Numbered from the stretch's first letter, positions 41,644 through 51,993 are shown. The stretch: DNA of 64,000 nt from an uncultured Chloroflexia bacterium (GCA_963770795.1 CAVYQR010000001.1:224612-288611); one strand, 5' to 3'. Translations and numbers: made by a program. Notes: generated from the letters alone by a model not told the origin.

Positions 41644-43002
41644 ATGCGTAGAACCGGTCCGCTCCTGATCGTCGTCGTCGGGTTGCTCGCCTTGGTGGCG
41701 GTCATCTTCCCGCTGCCCCTGCCGTCGCTCAGCCCCTCCGGAGGGGCCTTGGTGGCCGAGACCAAGCTCGGCCTGGACCTGCAGGGTGGCCTGCGGATCG
41801 AGTACCGCGTGCTCCCGGCCGAGGGGAAGGTGCCCACCAAGGCAGACCTCGAGGTTCTCAAGCAGATCATCCTCAACCGCGTCGATGCGTCCGGTGTCTC
41901 CGAGCCCCAGGTCGTGGTGCAGGACCCGGACCGCATCATCGTGGAGATGCCCGGCATCCAGAACGCGGACCAGATCCGCAAGCTGGTGGGCACGACGGGC
42001 CGGCTGGACTTCGTGCCCCTCGGGACGACGACCGCCACCTCGGGCCAGGAGCTGGACCTCACCGCGTTCCCGCCGCTCTTCTCGGGCGACCAGGTCGCCG
42101 CCGCCAGCATCGGCGCCGACGAGACCGGTCAGCGGACCGTGAACTTCACCCTCCAGGCCGAGGGGAAGGACCTGTTCGCCAACTACACGGCGGAGCACGT
42201 CGGCCAGTACTTCGCCATCGTCCTGGACGGCAAGGTCATCACGGCCCCCGTCATCCAGAGCTCCATCCCCAACGGCCAGGTCCAGATCTCTTCCGGTGGC
42301 ATCGGCGGCTATCCGCTGGACGAGGCGCAGAACCTGGTGACGATCCTGCAGTTCGGCCAGCTGCCGTATCCGATCGAGGAGCTCGCGAACACGACGGTCA
42401 GCCCCACGCTCGGGGAGGCGTTCCTGTCCCAGATGCTCCTTGGGGGCGTCATCGCGATCCTGATGGTCATGTTCTTCATGATCGTCCACTACCGGCTGCC
42501 CGGCGTCGTGGCCAGTGGCGCCCTCGTCTTCTACACCCTGATCGTCTACGCGGTCTTCCGGGTCCTGGGCGTGACCCTGACGCTGGCCGGCATCGCGGGC
42601 TTCGTGCTCTCGGTGGGCATGGCGGTGGACGCGAACATCCTCATCTTCGAACGAACGAAAGAGGAGCTTCGGGTGGGCAAGAGCCTGCCGGCGGCGATCG
42701 AGGCGGGGTTCAACCGGGCCTGGAACTCGATCCTCGACTCCAACGTGTCGAGCCTCATCACGGCCACGATCCTGTTCCTGTTCGGCTCTTCAACGATCAA
42801 GGGCTTCGGCCTGGTGCTGATCATCGGCGTCCTCGTGTCGATGTTCACGGCCATTACCGTCACCCGGTCGGTTCTCCGGATCATCGTCGCCCAGCCATGG
42901 GCGCGCAAGGCGGCCTTCTATGGCGTCACGGACGAGGAGTTCCTGGCCCGCCCGACGACAGGGCGCGCAGCCCGACGCGGGGAGGCGCGCGGGCGTGTTT
43001 GA
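41644..43002 (+). CDS. secD: Protein translocase subunit SecD
   Basis: MRRTGPLLIVVVGLLALV…LGLDLQGGLRIEY…, periplasmic domain, and C-terminal 6-TM bundle (…FVLSVGMAVDANILIFERTKEEL…). Confidence 0.9.
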   Translation: MRRTGPLLIVVVGLLALVAVIFPLPLPSLSPSGGALVAETKLGLDLQGGLRIEYRVLPAEGKVPTKADLEVLKQIILNRVDASGVSEPQVVVQDPDRIIVEMPGIQNADQIRKLVGTTGRLDFVPLGTTTATSGQELDLTAFPPLFSGDQVAAASIGADETGQRTVNFTLQAEGKDLFANYTAEHVGQYFAIVLDGKVITAPVIQSSIPNGQVQISSGGIGGYPLDEAQNLVTILQFGQLPYPIEELANTTVSPTLGEAFLSQMLLGGVIAILMVMFFMIVHYRLPGVVASGALVFYTLIVYAVFRVLGVTLTLAGIAGFVLSVGMAVDANILIFERTKEELRVGKSLPAAIEAGFNRAWNSILDSNVSSLITATILFLFGSSTIKGFGLVLIIGVLVSMFTAITVTRSVLRIIVAQPWARKAAFYGVTDEEFLARPTTGRAARRGEARGRV

Positions 43003-44233
43003 CGTCATCGGGAAGCGCAGGTATTTCTTCGCCTTCTCCCTCGCGATCATGATCCCCGGTCTGATCTTCATCCTCCTCGGCCCCATCACCGGCGGCAAGG
43101 TCGGACTCCAGTTCGCCATCGACTTCACCGGCGGCACCGTCTGGTCCATCCGGTTCGAGGATGAGAACGTCACCCCGCAGCAGGTCAAGGACGTGGTCGC
43201 GGGCCAGGGTATCGAGGCGAGCGTGACGCAGACCGGCGAAGGGTTCATGGAGATCCGGACCCGCGAGGCTGCGCTTGCTGCGCCCGAGCCTTCACCGACC
43301 CCGCCACCGACGATCGCCCCCCTGGCATCCGCCTCGGCGGTTGCGTCCGCCAGCCCGGCTCCCTCGGCGACGGCCGCTCCCTCGGCATCCACGGCTCCGT
43401 CCGCGACTGCCGCCGCCGCATCCGGGTCCCCGGCCGCATCCGCATCTCCCGTCCCGACGCCGTCGCCCACGTCGGCGCCCTCGGCCTCGCCCGACCCCTC
43501 GGCCTCGGCAGCGGCGAGCGCAGCCCCCAGCCCGTCATCATCACCCGAGGCGGTGATCGGCGTCCTCCCGAGCACAGGGAAGTTCGGCGACGTCCGCTTC
43601 GCCCTCGAGGAGCAGCTCGGCAAGATCGCGGAGCAGCGCTCCCTGTCCACGGTGGGTGCCGTCGTGTCCAGCGACCTGGTCTCCCAGGCCCTGCTGCTGA
43701 TCCTGATCGGCTCGATCGGGATCATGACCTGGATCACCTACCGGTTCCGGGACTTCCGGATGGGCGTGACGGCCCTCGGCGCGCTGCTGCACGACGTCAT
43801 CGTGGTCGTGGGGATCTTCGCGATCCTCGGCACGTTCGCAGGGGTCATGATCGACGGCCTGTTCGTGACCGCGATGCTGACCGTCATCGGCTTCTCGGTC
43901 CACGACACCATCGTCGTCTTCGACCGTGTCCGAGAGAACCGTGCGCGCCACTCCGGCGAGCCGTTCGACCGGATCGTCAATCACTCCATTCTGCAGACCT
44001 TCGGCCGGTCCATCACGACGACCCTGACGGTGGTGATCACGCTGCTCTCGCTGCTGCTGTTCGCCGGAGATGCCATCGGCACGTTCGTCCTGGCGCTGCT
44101 CCTGGGCATCATCTCCGGGACCTACTCCTCGATCTTCAATGCGAGCCCCCTCCTCGTCGTCTGGCACAACTGGGATGACCGGAAGCGGGTGCGCGAGATC
44201 GCGGCACGCCCGGCCCGCCGCTCGGCCACGTGA
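42995..44233 (+). CDS. secF: Protein translocase subunit SecF with a ~100 aa Ala/Ser/Pro/Thr-rich low-complexity insertion in the periplasmic domain
   Basis: GTG start overlapping the secD end. …KRRYFFAFSLAIMIPGLIFILL…GIDFTGGT… and C-terminal TM bundle (…VHDTIVVFDRVREN…). Insert reads AAPEPSPTPPPTIAPLASASAVASASPAPSATAAPSAS…. Confidence 0.9.
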   Translation: MFDVIGKRRYFFAFSLAIMIPGLIFILLGPITGGKVGLQFAIDFTGGTVWSIRFEDENVTPQQVKDVVAGQGIEASVTQTGEGFMEIRTREAALAAPEPSPTPPPTIAPLASASAVASASPAPSATAAPSASTAPSATAAAASGSPAASASPVPTPSPTSAPSASPDPSASAAASAAPSPSSSPEAVIGVLPSTGKFGDVRFALEEQLGKIAEQRSLSTVGAVVSSDLVSQALLLILIGSIGIMTWITYRFRDFRMGVTALGALLHDVIVVVGIFAILGTFAGVMIDGLFVTAMLTVIGFSVHDTIVVFDRVRENRARHSGEPFDRIVNHSILQTFGRSITTTLTVVITLLSLLLFAGDAIGTFVLALLLGIISGTYSSIFNASPLLVVWHNWDDRKRVREIAARPARRSAT

Positions 44234-44342
44234 CCCCGGGGTCCGGCCCAGGCCGGAGCCCGCTTCGCCCACGGACGTCGGCCGCGATGAGCCCGCCGAG
44301 CCGGCATCCGGCGACAGAAGTCCGGGATGAGCCGGACGTGGC

Positions 44343-46253
44343 ATGCTCCGTCCCATGATCGAAGCACGCCACAGGTGGGTCTTCCCGGAGCCGGTCCGCC
44401 TCGCCCCCGAGTACCGGGCCGCCGCAGAGGGGCTCGGCCTGGGGACGTTCGCCGCGGCCGTCCTCGCCCGGCGCGGCATCGCGGACATCGACGGCCTCGA
44501 AGGGTTCCTCGGCCCGGCGCTCGCGGGCCTCCACGATCCGAGGCTCCTCCCGGACGCCGACCTGCTGGTCGCGCGTGTTGCGCTCGCCCGGGAACGAGCG
44601 GAACGCGTGATGGTGTTCGGGGACTTTGACGCGGACGGCCTGACGGGCCTCGCCCAGCTGGTGCTCGCGCTGCGCCGTCTGGGCCTGGACGTCATCCCGT
44701 ACGTCCCCTCCCGGCTGGACGAGGGTCACGGCCTGTCGATGGCTGCCGTGGGGGCGGCGTCGGAGGCGGGCATGACGCTCATCGTCACGGTCGACACCGG
44801 CTCCTCGAGCGTCGCCGAAGTCGCGTCTGCCGTGGATCAGGGCATCGACGTGCTGATCACGGACCACCACCACCTGCCCGATGTCCTGCCGGCCGCCGTG
44901 GCGCTGGTCAACCCCCATCGCCCCGACTCCCTGTACCCGGATCCGAGGCTGTCCGGGAGCGGCGTCGCGTTCACCGTCGCCCGCCTCCTGCTGGGCGAGT
45001 TGCTTGCCGCAGAGGCCGACGCGCTCGACCTGGCGGATCTCGCCACCATCGGGACGGTCTCCGACGTGGTGCCGATCCTGGGCGAGAACCGTGCGATCGC
45101 CCGCCTCGGGCTGGAGCGCATGCGAACAACGCCGCGTCCCGGGATCGCCGCGCTCCTGGCGCGGGCGAGGGTTGCGCCGGCCGCGGTGGATCTCGAGACC
45201 GTCGGCTTCGTGCTGGCGCCCCGCCTTAACGCCGCAGGCAGGGTGGGGGAGGCAATGGATGCCGCTCGCCTGCTCCTCGCCGAGACGCCGGACGAGGCCG
45301 CAGCGCTGGCAGAGATCCTCGAGACGGCCAACCTGACCCGACGCGACCTGATGCGCAGCGCGATCATCGAGGCACGGGCCGCGATCGGCCTGCCGGACCC
45401 CGGCCAGACGCCGGGGCAGCAGCCGTTGCCGGATGCTGCGGCGCTGCCGGACGCGCCCGCTCCGCTCGCGCCCGGGATCGTGGTCGGGGGTGGTCCCGCC
45501 TCTCCCGCGCTGATCGTCCACGGTCCGTGGCCGGTGGGCATCATCGGTCTGGTCGCCGGGCGCCTCGCCGATGAGACAGGCCGCCCCGCGGTGATTGGCA
45601 CCCTGATCGGCGACGTCGTGCGAGCCTCGTGCCGCGGCGATGGGCGCCTCGACCTCGCCGGTGCGCTCGATGCCTGCGACGACCTGTTCATCCGCCACGG
45701 CGGGCACGCGGCAGCAGCCGGGTTCGAGCTCCCCCTGGACCGGTGGGACGCCTTCGTCGCCCGCTTCCTGGCCCTCGCCGAGGTGGCGCAGCCCGAGGAC
45801 GCCCGGCGCCCGCTCGCCGTTGACCTCGCCCTGCCCGCGTCCTACGTGGACTACGGCCTGTACCGGGATCTCGCCCGCCTGGCCCCGTGCGGGACCGGCA
45901 ATCCGGAGCCGCTCGTCGCCGTCCTCGGTCTCACCGTCCAACGCGTCCGGGCCGCCAACGGCGGTCATACCCAGCTGGTTCTCCGCCGTGAGCGCGACGT
46001 CCTCGACGGCATTGCGTTCGGCCGGGCCGACCTCGCCCTTGGCCTCGCCGAAGGCGATCGGGTCGACGTCGTCGCCCGCCTGGCGAGCCGGACGTTCGGC
46101 GGGCTCGAGACCCTCCAGCTGGAGGTCCGTGACGTCGCGCCCTCGGGTTCGCATCCGCGAGCCGCCGCGGTCCTGGCACGCGCCGCGCGTGGTCCCGGGG
46201 CCGAGGCCGTTGGCCCCGGCTTCGCTGCGACCGTCCCGGGAGGTGTCGCGTGA
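44343..46253 (+). CDS. recJ: Single-stranded-DNA-specific exonuclease RecJ
   Basis: DHH motifs (…VFGDFDADGLTG…, …LITDHHH…), DHHA1 domain, …GGHAAAAGF…. Confidence 0.9.
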   Translation: MLRPMIEARHRWVFPEPVRLAPEYRAAAEGLGLGTFAAAVLARRGIADIDGLEGFLGPALAGLHDPRLLPDADLLVARVALARERAERVMVFGDFDADGLTGLAQLVLALRRLGLDVIPYVPSRLDEGHGLSMAAVGAASEAGMTLIVTVDTGSSSVAEVASAVDQGIDVLITDHHHLPDVLPAAVALVNPHRPDSLYPDPRLSGSGVAFTVARLLLGELLAAEADALDLADLATIGTVSDVVPILGENRAIARLGLERMRTTPRPGIAALLARARVAPAAVDLETVGFVLAPRLNAAGRVGEAMDAARLLLAETPDEAAALAEILETANLTRRDLMRSAIIEARAAIGLPDPGQTPGQQPLPDAAALPDAPAPLAPGIVVGGGPASPALIVHGPWPVGIIGLVAGRLADETGRPAVIGTLIGDVVRASCRGDGRLDLAGALDACDDLFIRHGGHAAAAGFELPLDRWDAFVARFLALAEVAQPEDARRPLAVDLALPASYVDYGLYRDLARLAPCGTGNPEPLVAVLGLTVQRVRAANGGHTQLVLRRERDVLDGIAFGRADLALGLAEGDRVDVVARLASRTFGGLETLQLEVRDVAPSGSHPRAAAVLARAARGPGAEAVGPGFAATVPGGVA

Positions 46254-47497
46254 CGCGTTCGTCACGCCCGACTGCGCGGCCGTCGGCGACCAGGGATCCG
46301 CGCCGGCCGTCCGGATCTGGGTTCCCCGTGGCGGCCGCGCTGTCTGCCGTCGGCGTGCTCGTGATCGCGTTCGTGACGCTCTCGCTGATGAGCGGAAGCC
46401 TGCCGTTCCTCTCTGGCGGCTCCGGCGGGCAGGGCCCCGGCGGCTCCGGCGAACCGGGGACGGCCGGCCAGACGGCGACGCCGCCGGAGATCGTGGTCGT
46501 GCCGACGGAGAAGCCGGGGCTCGAGGTGCCGGGATCGCTCCTGTACGCGAAGGACGGCAACATCTGGATCCAGGCGGACGGGAAGGCGACCCAGCTCACC
46601 ACAGGTGGCAAGGACTCCATGCCCTCCTTCGCGCCGGACGGCTCCGCCGTGTACTTCGTCCGGACGCGGGCGATGGCCGGCCTGTGGACCGTGAACGGCG
46701 CGTCGAAGCCCTACCGGATGGATGTGCCCAGCATCATGCGCATCCCCGCCGCCGGTGGCGAGGTGACGCGGGTGCTGGATGGCGTCGTGGACCCCCCCGG
46801 CAAGCGGAAATGGATGGGCTTCATCCGCGAGCCGGTCCTGTCGCCGGACGGCCGCACGATCGCCATGGCATCCGACCTGCCCGATCCGACCCGCAGCGAC
46901 GTCGTGATGAAGACCTACGACACGAAGACGGAGAAGATCAAGGACCTCGGCCTCAGCCAGGTCGCCCCGCTCGGCCACCAGGACCCCGCCTGGCGGCCGG
47001 ATGGCCTGCGGCTCGCCTACGTCCGAAGCGAGCGCGATGGCGCCAAGGGGGTCCCGCGGATCTACTCCTACAACGTGGAGACGAAGAAGGCGGTCCCGAT
47101 CACCGGCCCGGGGTACCTGCACCCCTCCTGGTCGTCGGATGGCAGGTACATCGCCGTGACCCGAACCACCGCGTTCGGAACGGACGTGGCCATCCTCGAC
47201 GCGAAGACCGGGGCCGAGCTCCTCCGCCTGACCGATGACGGCGCCAGCTGGGCGCCCGCCTGGTCACCGAGAGGCGACCAGGTCGCGTTTCTCCATGTCT
47301 CGGGGCAGGTGGTGGACCTCCGCATGGTCCAGCTGGATGGCACGGGTCCGACGTGGACGGTCAAGGAGACCGTGGACCTGACGACGAATGCCGGGCTGGA
47401 CGGCGTCTCGCGGCCGGGCTGGTTCGTCCCCGCCGACCAGCTGCCAGCGCCTACCCCTCCGCCCGCCGCCCCGACGGCCTCGCCCGCCGCGTCATGA
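46250..47497 (+). CDS. TolB-like beta-propeller (PD40/WD40-like repeat) protein with an N-terminal membrane anchor
   Basis: GTG start overlapping the recJ stop. TM helix (…VAAALSAVGVLVIAFVTLSLM…) and repeated …DGS/DGR…YV/IA… blades (SFAPDGSAVYFV, LSPDGRTIAM, AWRPDGLRLAYV, SWSSDGRYIAV, AWSPRGDQVAF). Confidence 0.7.
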   Translation: MTRSSRPTARPSATRDPRRPSGSGFPVAAALSAVGVLVIAFVTLSLMSGSLPFLSGGSGGQGPGGSGEPGTAGQTATPPEIVVVPTEKPGLEVPGSLLYAKDGNIWIQADGKATQLTTGGKDSMPSFAPDGSAVYFVRTRAMAGLWTVNGASKPYRMDVPSIMRIPAAGGEVTRVLDGVVDPPGKRKWMGFIREPVLSPDGRTIAMASDLPDPTRSDVVMKTYDTKTEKIKDLGLSQVAPLGHQDPAWRPDGLRLAYVRSERDGAKGVPRIYSYNVETKKAVPITGPGYLHPSWSSDGRYIAVTRTTAFGTDVAILDAKTGAELLRLTDDGASWAPAWSPRGDQVAFLHVSGQVVDLRMVQLDGTGPTWTVKETVDLTTNAGLDGVSRPGWFVPADQLPAPTPPPAAPTASPAAS

Positions 47498-48372
47498 TCG
47501 ACGCGTACCTCGGGCGGCTCGGCGCGAGGATCGCGACCACCGGGACCGTCCTGTGCGTTGGCGTGGACCCGGATCCCGCCGCGCTGCCGCATGGGTTCCC
47601 GCCGACGCTGGCGGGCGTCGAGCGGTTCGCCAGGCTCATCGTGGAGGCCGCGCTCCCGTACGCGGCCGCCATCAAGCCGAACCTCGCCTTCTTCGAGGCC
47701 CACGGCTCGGCTGGCGTCGCAGCCCTGGAGCGCCTCCGAGCCCTCGTCCCGTCCGACGTTCCGTTCATCGCTGATGCCAAGCGTGGCGACATCGGGACGA
47801 CCGCCGCACGCCAGGCAACGGCCCTGTTCGACGTCCTCGGAGCGGACGCCGTCACGGTGAACCCGTATCTCGGGGAGGAGGCGATCGAGCCGCTCCTCGG
47901 GCGCCCGGACCGGTTTGCCTACGTCCTGTGCCACACCTCGAACGCGGGTGCGGCCGAGCTGCAGGGCCTGGTGGTCGCCGCGGACGAGCAGGCCGGGTAT
48001 CCGTCCGAGCCCCTCTGGGCCAGGGTCGCCCGCCGCGCCGCCGCATGGGGTCCCGGCGGGACCGTCGGGCTTGTCGTGGGGGCGACGGCGCCGGCCGAGA
48101 TGGCGGCCATCCGCGCCGTCGTACCCTCCCTCGCTTTCCTGGTTCCGGGCGTCGGCGCCCAGGGTGGCGAGATCGGGCCGATCATGTCAGACGGCCCGGC
48201 GCGCGGAGGCCAGGCCGGATCCGTGGCTGGTGGCGCGCTCCTCGTCAACGTCTCGCGCGGGCTCGCGCGGGAGGCCCTGGGGCCGGTCACCGCCGGCGCT
48301 CCCGGCGACCCCGGAGAGCGTCTCGCGAAGGCCGCCGCCGAGTGGGCCGGACGGCTCGCTGTGCTACCCTGA
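47494..48372 (+). CDS. pyrF: Orotidine 5'-phosphate decarboxylase (type 2)
   Basis: …VLCVGVDPDP…, …PYAAAIKPNLAFFEAHG…, …FIADAKRGDIGTTA…. ATG ATGA-overlaps the previous stop. Confidence 0.85.
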   Translation: MIDAYLGRLGARIATTGTVLCVGVDPDPAALPHGFPPTLAGVERFARLIVEAALPYAAAIKPNLAFFEAHGSAGVAALERLRALVPSDVPFIADAKRGDIGTTAARQATALFDVLGADAVTVNPYLGEEAIEPLLGRPDRFAYVLCHTSNAGAAELQGLVVAADEQAGYPSEPLWARVARRAAAWGPGGTVGLVVGATAPAEMAAIRAVVPSLAFLVPGVGAQGGEIGPIMSDGPARGGQAGSVAGGALLVNVSRGLAREALGPVTAGAPGDPGERLAKAAAEWAGRLAVLP

Positions 48373-48427
48373 CGCCCTTCGAGAGGGCCTGAGGAGGTCC
48401 ACTCCCTCCACGAGGTTGATCCACGTC

Positions 48428-48844
48428 ATGCCGTTCGGAATCGGACCCGGTGAGCTGATCATCGTTCTCATCATCGCGCTGATCGTGGTCGGCCCGGGCA
48501 AGCTCCCGGACGTCGGTTCCGCACTCGGCAAGAGCATCCGCGAGTTCCGCAAGGCCTCGAGCGACGTCAAGGAGATCACCAGCCTCGATGCCCCCGAGGC
48601 AGCCCCCGCTCCGGCCGCAGCCCCGGTGCCAGCCGCAGCCCCCGCTCCGGCCGCAGCCCCGGTGGTCGCCGCAGCCCCCGTAGTCGCCGCAGCCGCGGTT
48701 CCGGCCGAGACTCCCGTTCGCGCTGCAGAGTCCATCGCCCCCGCTCCGGTGACGGAGGCCGGCGCCGACGTCGCCACCGAGCCCGCCGAGGGCTGGCCTG
48801 CCGAACTCACCGTCGCCGACGAGCAGCCGACCCCGTCCGCCTGA
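48428..48844 (+). CDS. tatA: Twin-arginine translocase TatA/TatB-family protein (139 aa, long Ala/Pro-rich tail)
   Basis: MPFGIGPGELIIVLIIALIVVGPGKLPDVGSALGKSIREFRKA… is the TatA/E consensus. Confidence 0.9.
   Translation: MPFGIGPGELIIVLIIALIVVGPGKLPDVGSALGKSIREFRKASSDVKEITSLDAPEAAPAPAAAPVPAAAPAPAAAPVVAAAPVVAAAAVPAETPVRAAESIAPAPVTEAGADVATEPAEGWPAELTVADEQPTPSA
48599..48710 (+). repeat. Imperfect 36-bp tandem repeats inside the tatA 3' region, encoding (APAPAAAPVPAA)n
   Basis: gcagcccccgctccggccgcagccccggtgccagcc occurs twice, followed by partial copies. Confidence 0.6.
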
Positions 48845-48871
48845 TCCCGGCCCCGCTCGAGCCCGCCAGCG

Positions 48872-49645
48872 ATGGTCGACGCCGACGCCGTCCCGGATGC
48901 TGACGTACCCGCGCTCCTGACGCCCGCGCCCGGGCCGCCTCCCTCCGCCGCCGCGGAGATGTCGCTGGTTGACCATCTCGGGGAGCTCCGGAACAGGCTG
49001 ATCAAGGTGATCGTCGCCGTCGCGGTTGCGGCGGTGATCGGCTTCATCCTGAGCGGGCAGATCGTCACATTCCTCAAGGCGCCTATCCCGGGCGACGAGC
49101 CGCTCTACTTCACCGGGCTTGGTGACGCGTTCGTCATCAACCTCAAGATCGCGATCGTGGTGGGCATCATCCTGGCGATGCCCGTCATCCTGTGGCAGGT
49201 CTGGGGGTTCATCGCGCCCGGGCTCACACCCGACGAGCGGCGGGTCGTTCGACCCTGGCTCCCGCTGGCCCTGGTCTTCTTCGCCCTCGGAACGGTGCTT
49301 GCCTACATGATCCTCCCGTACGCGGCCTCGTTCCTGATCGGCTTCGAGACACCGGACCTGAAGCCGCTCATCACGGCCGGTGCCTACTTCGATTTCGTCA
49401 CCACGATGTTTCTCGCGTTCGGCCTGGTGATGGAGTTCCCGATCCTGCTGTTCGGCCTGTCACGAGTGGGGATCGTGACCTCGCAGCGTCTCGTCGGCGT
49501 GCGCCGGATGGCCATCCTGGGGATCGCGATCTTCGCCACCGCGATCACGCCGGGGGGAGACCTGGTCAGCCCGGCCGCTCTGGGGATCACGATGTACGTG
49601 TTGTTCGAGGGCACCATCTTCTTCATCCGGCGCAGCGGCAAGTAG
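48872..49645 (+). CDS. tatC: Twin-arginine translocase subunit TatC
   Basis: …MSLVDHLGELRNRLIKV… and 6 TM helices typical of TatC. An alternative start at ATG 48959 is possible. Confidence 0.9.
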   Translation: MVDADAVPDADVPALLTPAPGPPPSAAAEMSLVDHLGELRNRLIKVIVAVAVAAVIGFILSGQIVTFLKAPIPGDEPLYFTGLGDAFVINLKIAIVVGIILAMPVILWQVWGFIAPGLTPDERRVVRPWLPLALVFFALGTVLAYMILPYAASFLIGFETPDLKPLITAGAYFDFVTTMFLAFGLVMEFPILLFGLSRVGIVTSQRLVGVRRMAILGIAIFATAITPGGDLVSPAALGITMYVLFEGTIFFIRRSGK

Positions 49646-49752
49646 CGGAGGAGGTCGCGGCATGGAGAGCGATCGTCAGTCCTTCCGGCAGCCCCGACGA
49701 CTTCTCCGGTGTCGACGGGCCGGCGTTCCCGGGACTGACCGCGCAGGAGGTC

Positions 49753-50601
49753 GTGGTCGTCACCGGGCTGTCTGGTGGAGGCAAGACGGCCGCGGCCAAG
49801 CTGTTCGAGGACCTGGGCTACATCGTCGTGGACAACCTGCCCGGCGAGCTGCTCGCGGAGCTCGCGGACCTCGTCGCCACGGACCCGGAGAGGTTCCGGC
49901 GGACCGCGATCGTGCTCGACGCGCGCGCCGGGGACGTTCCCCTCGCGTTCGGTGCCATGCGCGGAGCTCTCGAGGGCCGCGGGCTCCGCCCGGTCATCAT
50001 CTTCCTCGAGGCGCGCGACGACGTCCTGATCCGGCGTTTCTCGGAGACCCGGCACCGGCACCCGCTGGCCGACGAGCGGGGCATCGCAGCCTCCATCGAG
50101 CTTGAGCGCGCTCTCCTGGAATCGGTCCGCGCCGAGGCGGACGTGGTGCTGGACACCAGCGACCTGTCTCTGCGCGAGCTGCGTGAGCGGATCTTCGCGC
50201 GCCTGGGCGATGTCCAGGGCTCGGGCCGGCTGTCTATCCAGCTCATCGCCTTCGGGTTCAAGTACGGCGTCCCGCTGGAGGCCGACATCGTGCTCGACGT
50301 CCGCTTCATGACGAACCCCCACTACATCGAGCGCCTCCGCCCCCAGAACGGCCTGACCGACGACGTGCGCGAGTACGTGCTCGGTCAGCCGGTCGCGGCG
50401 GCATTCCTCGGGCACCTGCAGGACCTGCTCGACCTGCTCGTGCCGGCCTATACGGACGAGGGCAAGACCCGCCTCACGATCGCGATCGGCTGCACCGGGG
50501 GATTCCATCGCTCGGTGGTCATGGCCGAGGAGATGGCGGCATGGCTGCGGGAGCGGGACTTCGGTCCTGTCTCGGTGTTCCACCGGGAGCTCGAGCGGTG
50601 A
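49753..50601 (+). CDS. rapZ: RNase adapter/nucleotide-binding protein RapZ (YvcJ family)
   Basis: VVVTGLSGGGKTAAAKLFEDLGYIVVDNLP…, …GCTGGFHRSV…. Start is uncertain: the first canonical start after the tatC stop is GTG 49753, and CTG 49735 is possible. Confidence 0.8.
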   Translation: MVVTGLSGGGKTAAAKLFEDLGYIVVDNLPGELLAELADLVATDPERFRRTAIVLDARAGDVPLAFGAMRGALEGRGLRPVIIFLEARDDVLIRRFSETRHRHPLADERGIAASIELERALLESVRAEADVVLDTSDLSLRELRERIFARLGDVQGSGRLSIQLIAFGFKYGVPLEADIVLDVRFMTNPHYIERLRPQNGLTDDVREYVLGQPVAAAFLGHLQDLLDLLVPAYTDEGKTRLTIAIGCTGGFHRSVVMAEEMAAWLRERDFGPVSVFHRELER

Positions 50602-51983
50602 ACCTGCGCCGCTGGCTGACAGTCGGCATCGGCGTCAAGCGGTGGCTCCTCGTCTCGTTCGCCGGGCTGCTCGTGCTGGCGCTCGGTGTCGCGCACGTGC
50701 TGCGCCAGACCACCGCGGTCGCCAGGCCGGATGGGGCGGCCGGCGCAATCCTGGACCTGCTGACGCTCCAGTTCCTGCCGTACCAGGTGCGCGGGGCCAT
50801 CGCCGGCGCGATCGGCCTGGCCCTGTTCCTCGTCGGTGCCTACCGGCTCGTCCGGGCGCTGGTCGATCCGTTCGCCCTGTGGGACCGGGACCAGCCGATG
50901 GTGGAGGTCATCTACCAGAAGAGGTTTCTTGCCCGCGGCCCGCGGATCGTGGCGATTGGCGGCGGCACCGGGCTGTCCGCGCTGCTCCGCGGCCTCAAGG
51001 AGCACACCTCCAACCTGACCGCGGTGGTCACCGTCGCGGACGACGGCGGCTCGTCCGGCGTGCTGCGTACCGAGCTGGGCATCCCGGCCGTCGGCGACAT
51101 CCGCAACTGCGTCGTGGCGCTCGCGGACGCGGAGCCCCTGATGGGCCAGCTGCTCCAGTACCGGTTCCCGGGCGACGGCCCCGCCAGTCGCGCCCGTGGG
51201 CAGCGGACGGATCCGGCGGAGGACGGGGCCGAGGCCCCCGTGGCCGGACTGGGCGGGCATGCCGTCGGGAACCTGCTCCTGGCGGCGCTCGTGCAGATCC
51301 ACGACGGCGACTTCGAGGAGGCCGTCCGGGAGATGAACCGGGTGCTCGCCGTTCGAGGCCGGGTCGTCCCGGCGACGGGAACCGTCATCACGCTGCACGC
51401 GCGCCTCGACGACGGCACGACCGTGGACGGCCAGAGCAGGATCGCACGGACGAACCGCGTTGACCGCGTCTGGGTGGAGCCCGCGGGCGTGCGCCCCACC
51501 GAGGATGCCCTGCGCTCCATCGCCGAGGCGGAGGTCATCGTCATCGGGCCCGGCAGCCTGTTCACGAGCCTGCTCCCGGCGCTGCTGGTGCCCGGCCTCC
51601 GGGAGGCGATCGCCGGGTCGGGAGCCCTGGTCGTGTTCGTGAGCAACGTCGCCACGCAGCCCGGCGAGACGGGCGGCTTCGACCTGGCCGACCACCTCGA
51701 TGCCCTCGCCCGTCACGGCGCCGGTCATCTGCCGGACATCGTGCTGGCGAACAATCGCTTTGACGCGGTGGCCCCCGCGGGCTGGGTTGGGGAGCCGGTG
51801 CGCCTGCGCTGGCCGCCGGCAGCGACGCCCGTGCCGCGGCTGATCCTCGACGACCTCGTGAACCCCGCCAACGCCCACCATCACTCCCCGGACCGCCTGG
51901 CGGTGGCGATCATGACCGCCTGGGAACGTGAGGGTGGCCATCGCCGTCGCCCGAGCGCGTCGCGCGTCGAGCGCACGGCCTGA
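50598..51983 (+). CDS. yvcK: YvcK/CofD-like gluconeogenesis-factor family protein (UPF0052) with an N-terminal TM segment
   Basis: GTG start overlapping the rapZ stop. …RIVAIGGGTGLSALLRGLK…VVTVADDGGSSG…NCVVALA…. Confidence 0.85.
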   Translation: MNLRRWLTVGIGVKRWLLVSFAGLLVLALGVAHVLRQTTAVARPDGAAGAILDLLTLQFLPYQVRGAIAGAIGLALFLVGAYRLVRALVDPFALWDRDQPMVEVIYQKRFLARGPRIVAIGGGTGLSALLRGLKEHTSNLTAVVTVADDGGSSGVLRTELGIPAVGDIRNCVVALADAEPLMGQLLQYRFPGDGPASRARGQRTDPAEDGAEAPVAGLGGHAVGNLLLAALVQIHDGDFEEAVREMNRVLAVRGRVVPATGTVITLHARLDDGTTVDGQSRIARTNRVDRVWVEPAGVRPTEDALRSIAEAEVIVIGPGSLFTSLLPALLVPGLREAIAGSGALVVFVSNVATQPGETGGFDLADHLDALARHGAGHLPDIVLANNRFDAVAPAGWVGEPVRLRWPPAATPVPRLILDDLVNPANAHHHSPDRLAVAIMTAWEREGGHRRRPSASRVERTA

Positions 51984-51993
51984 GTCGAGCGGG

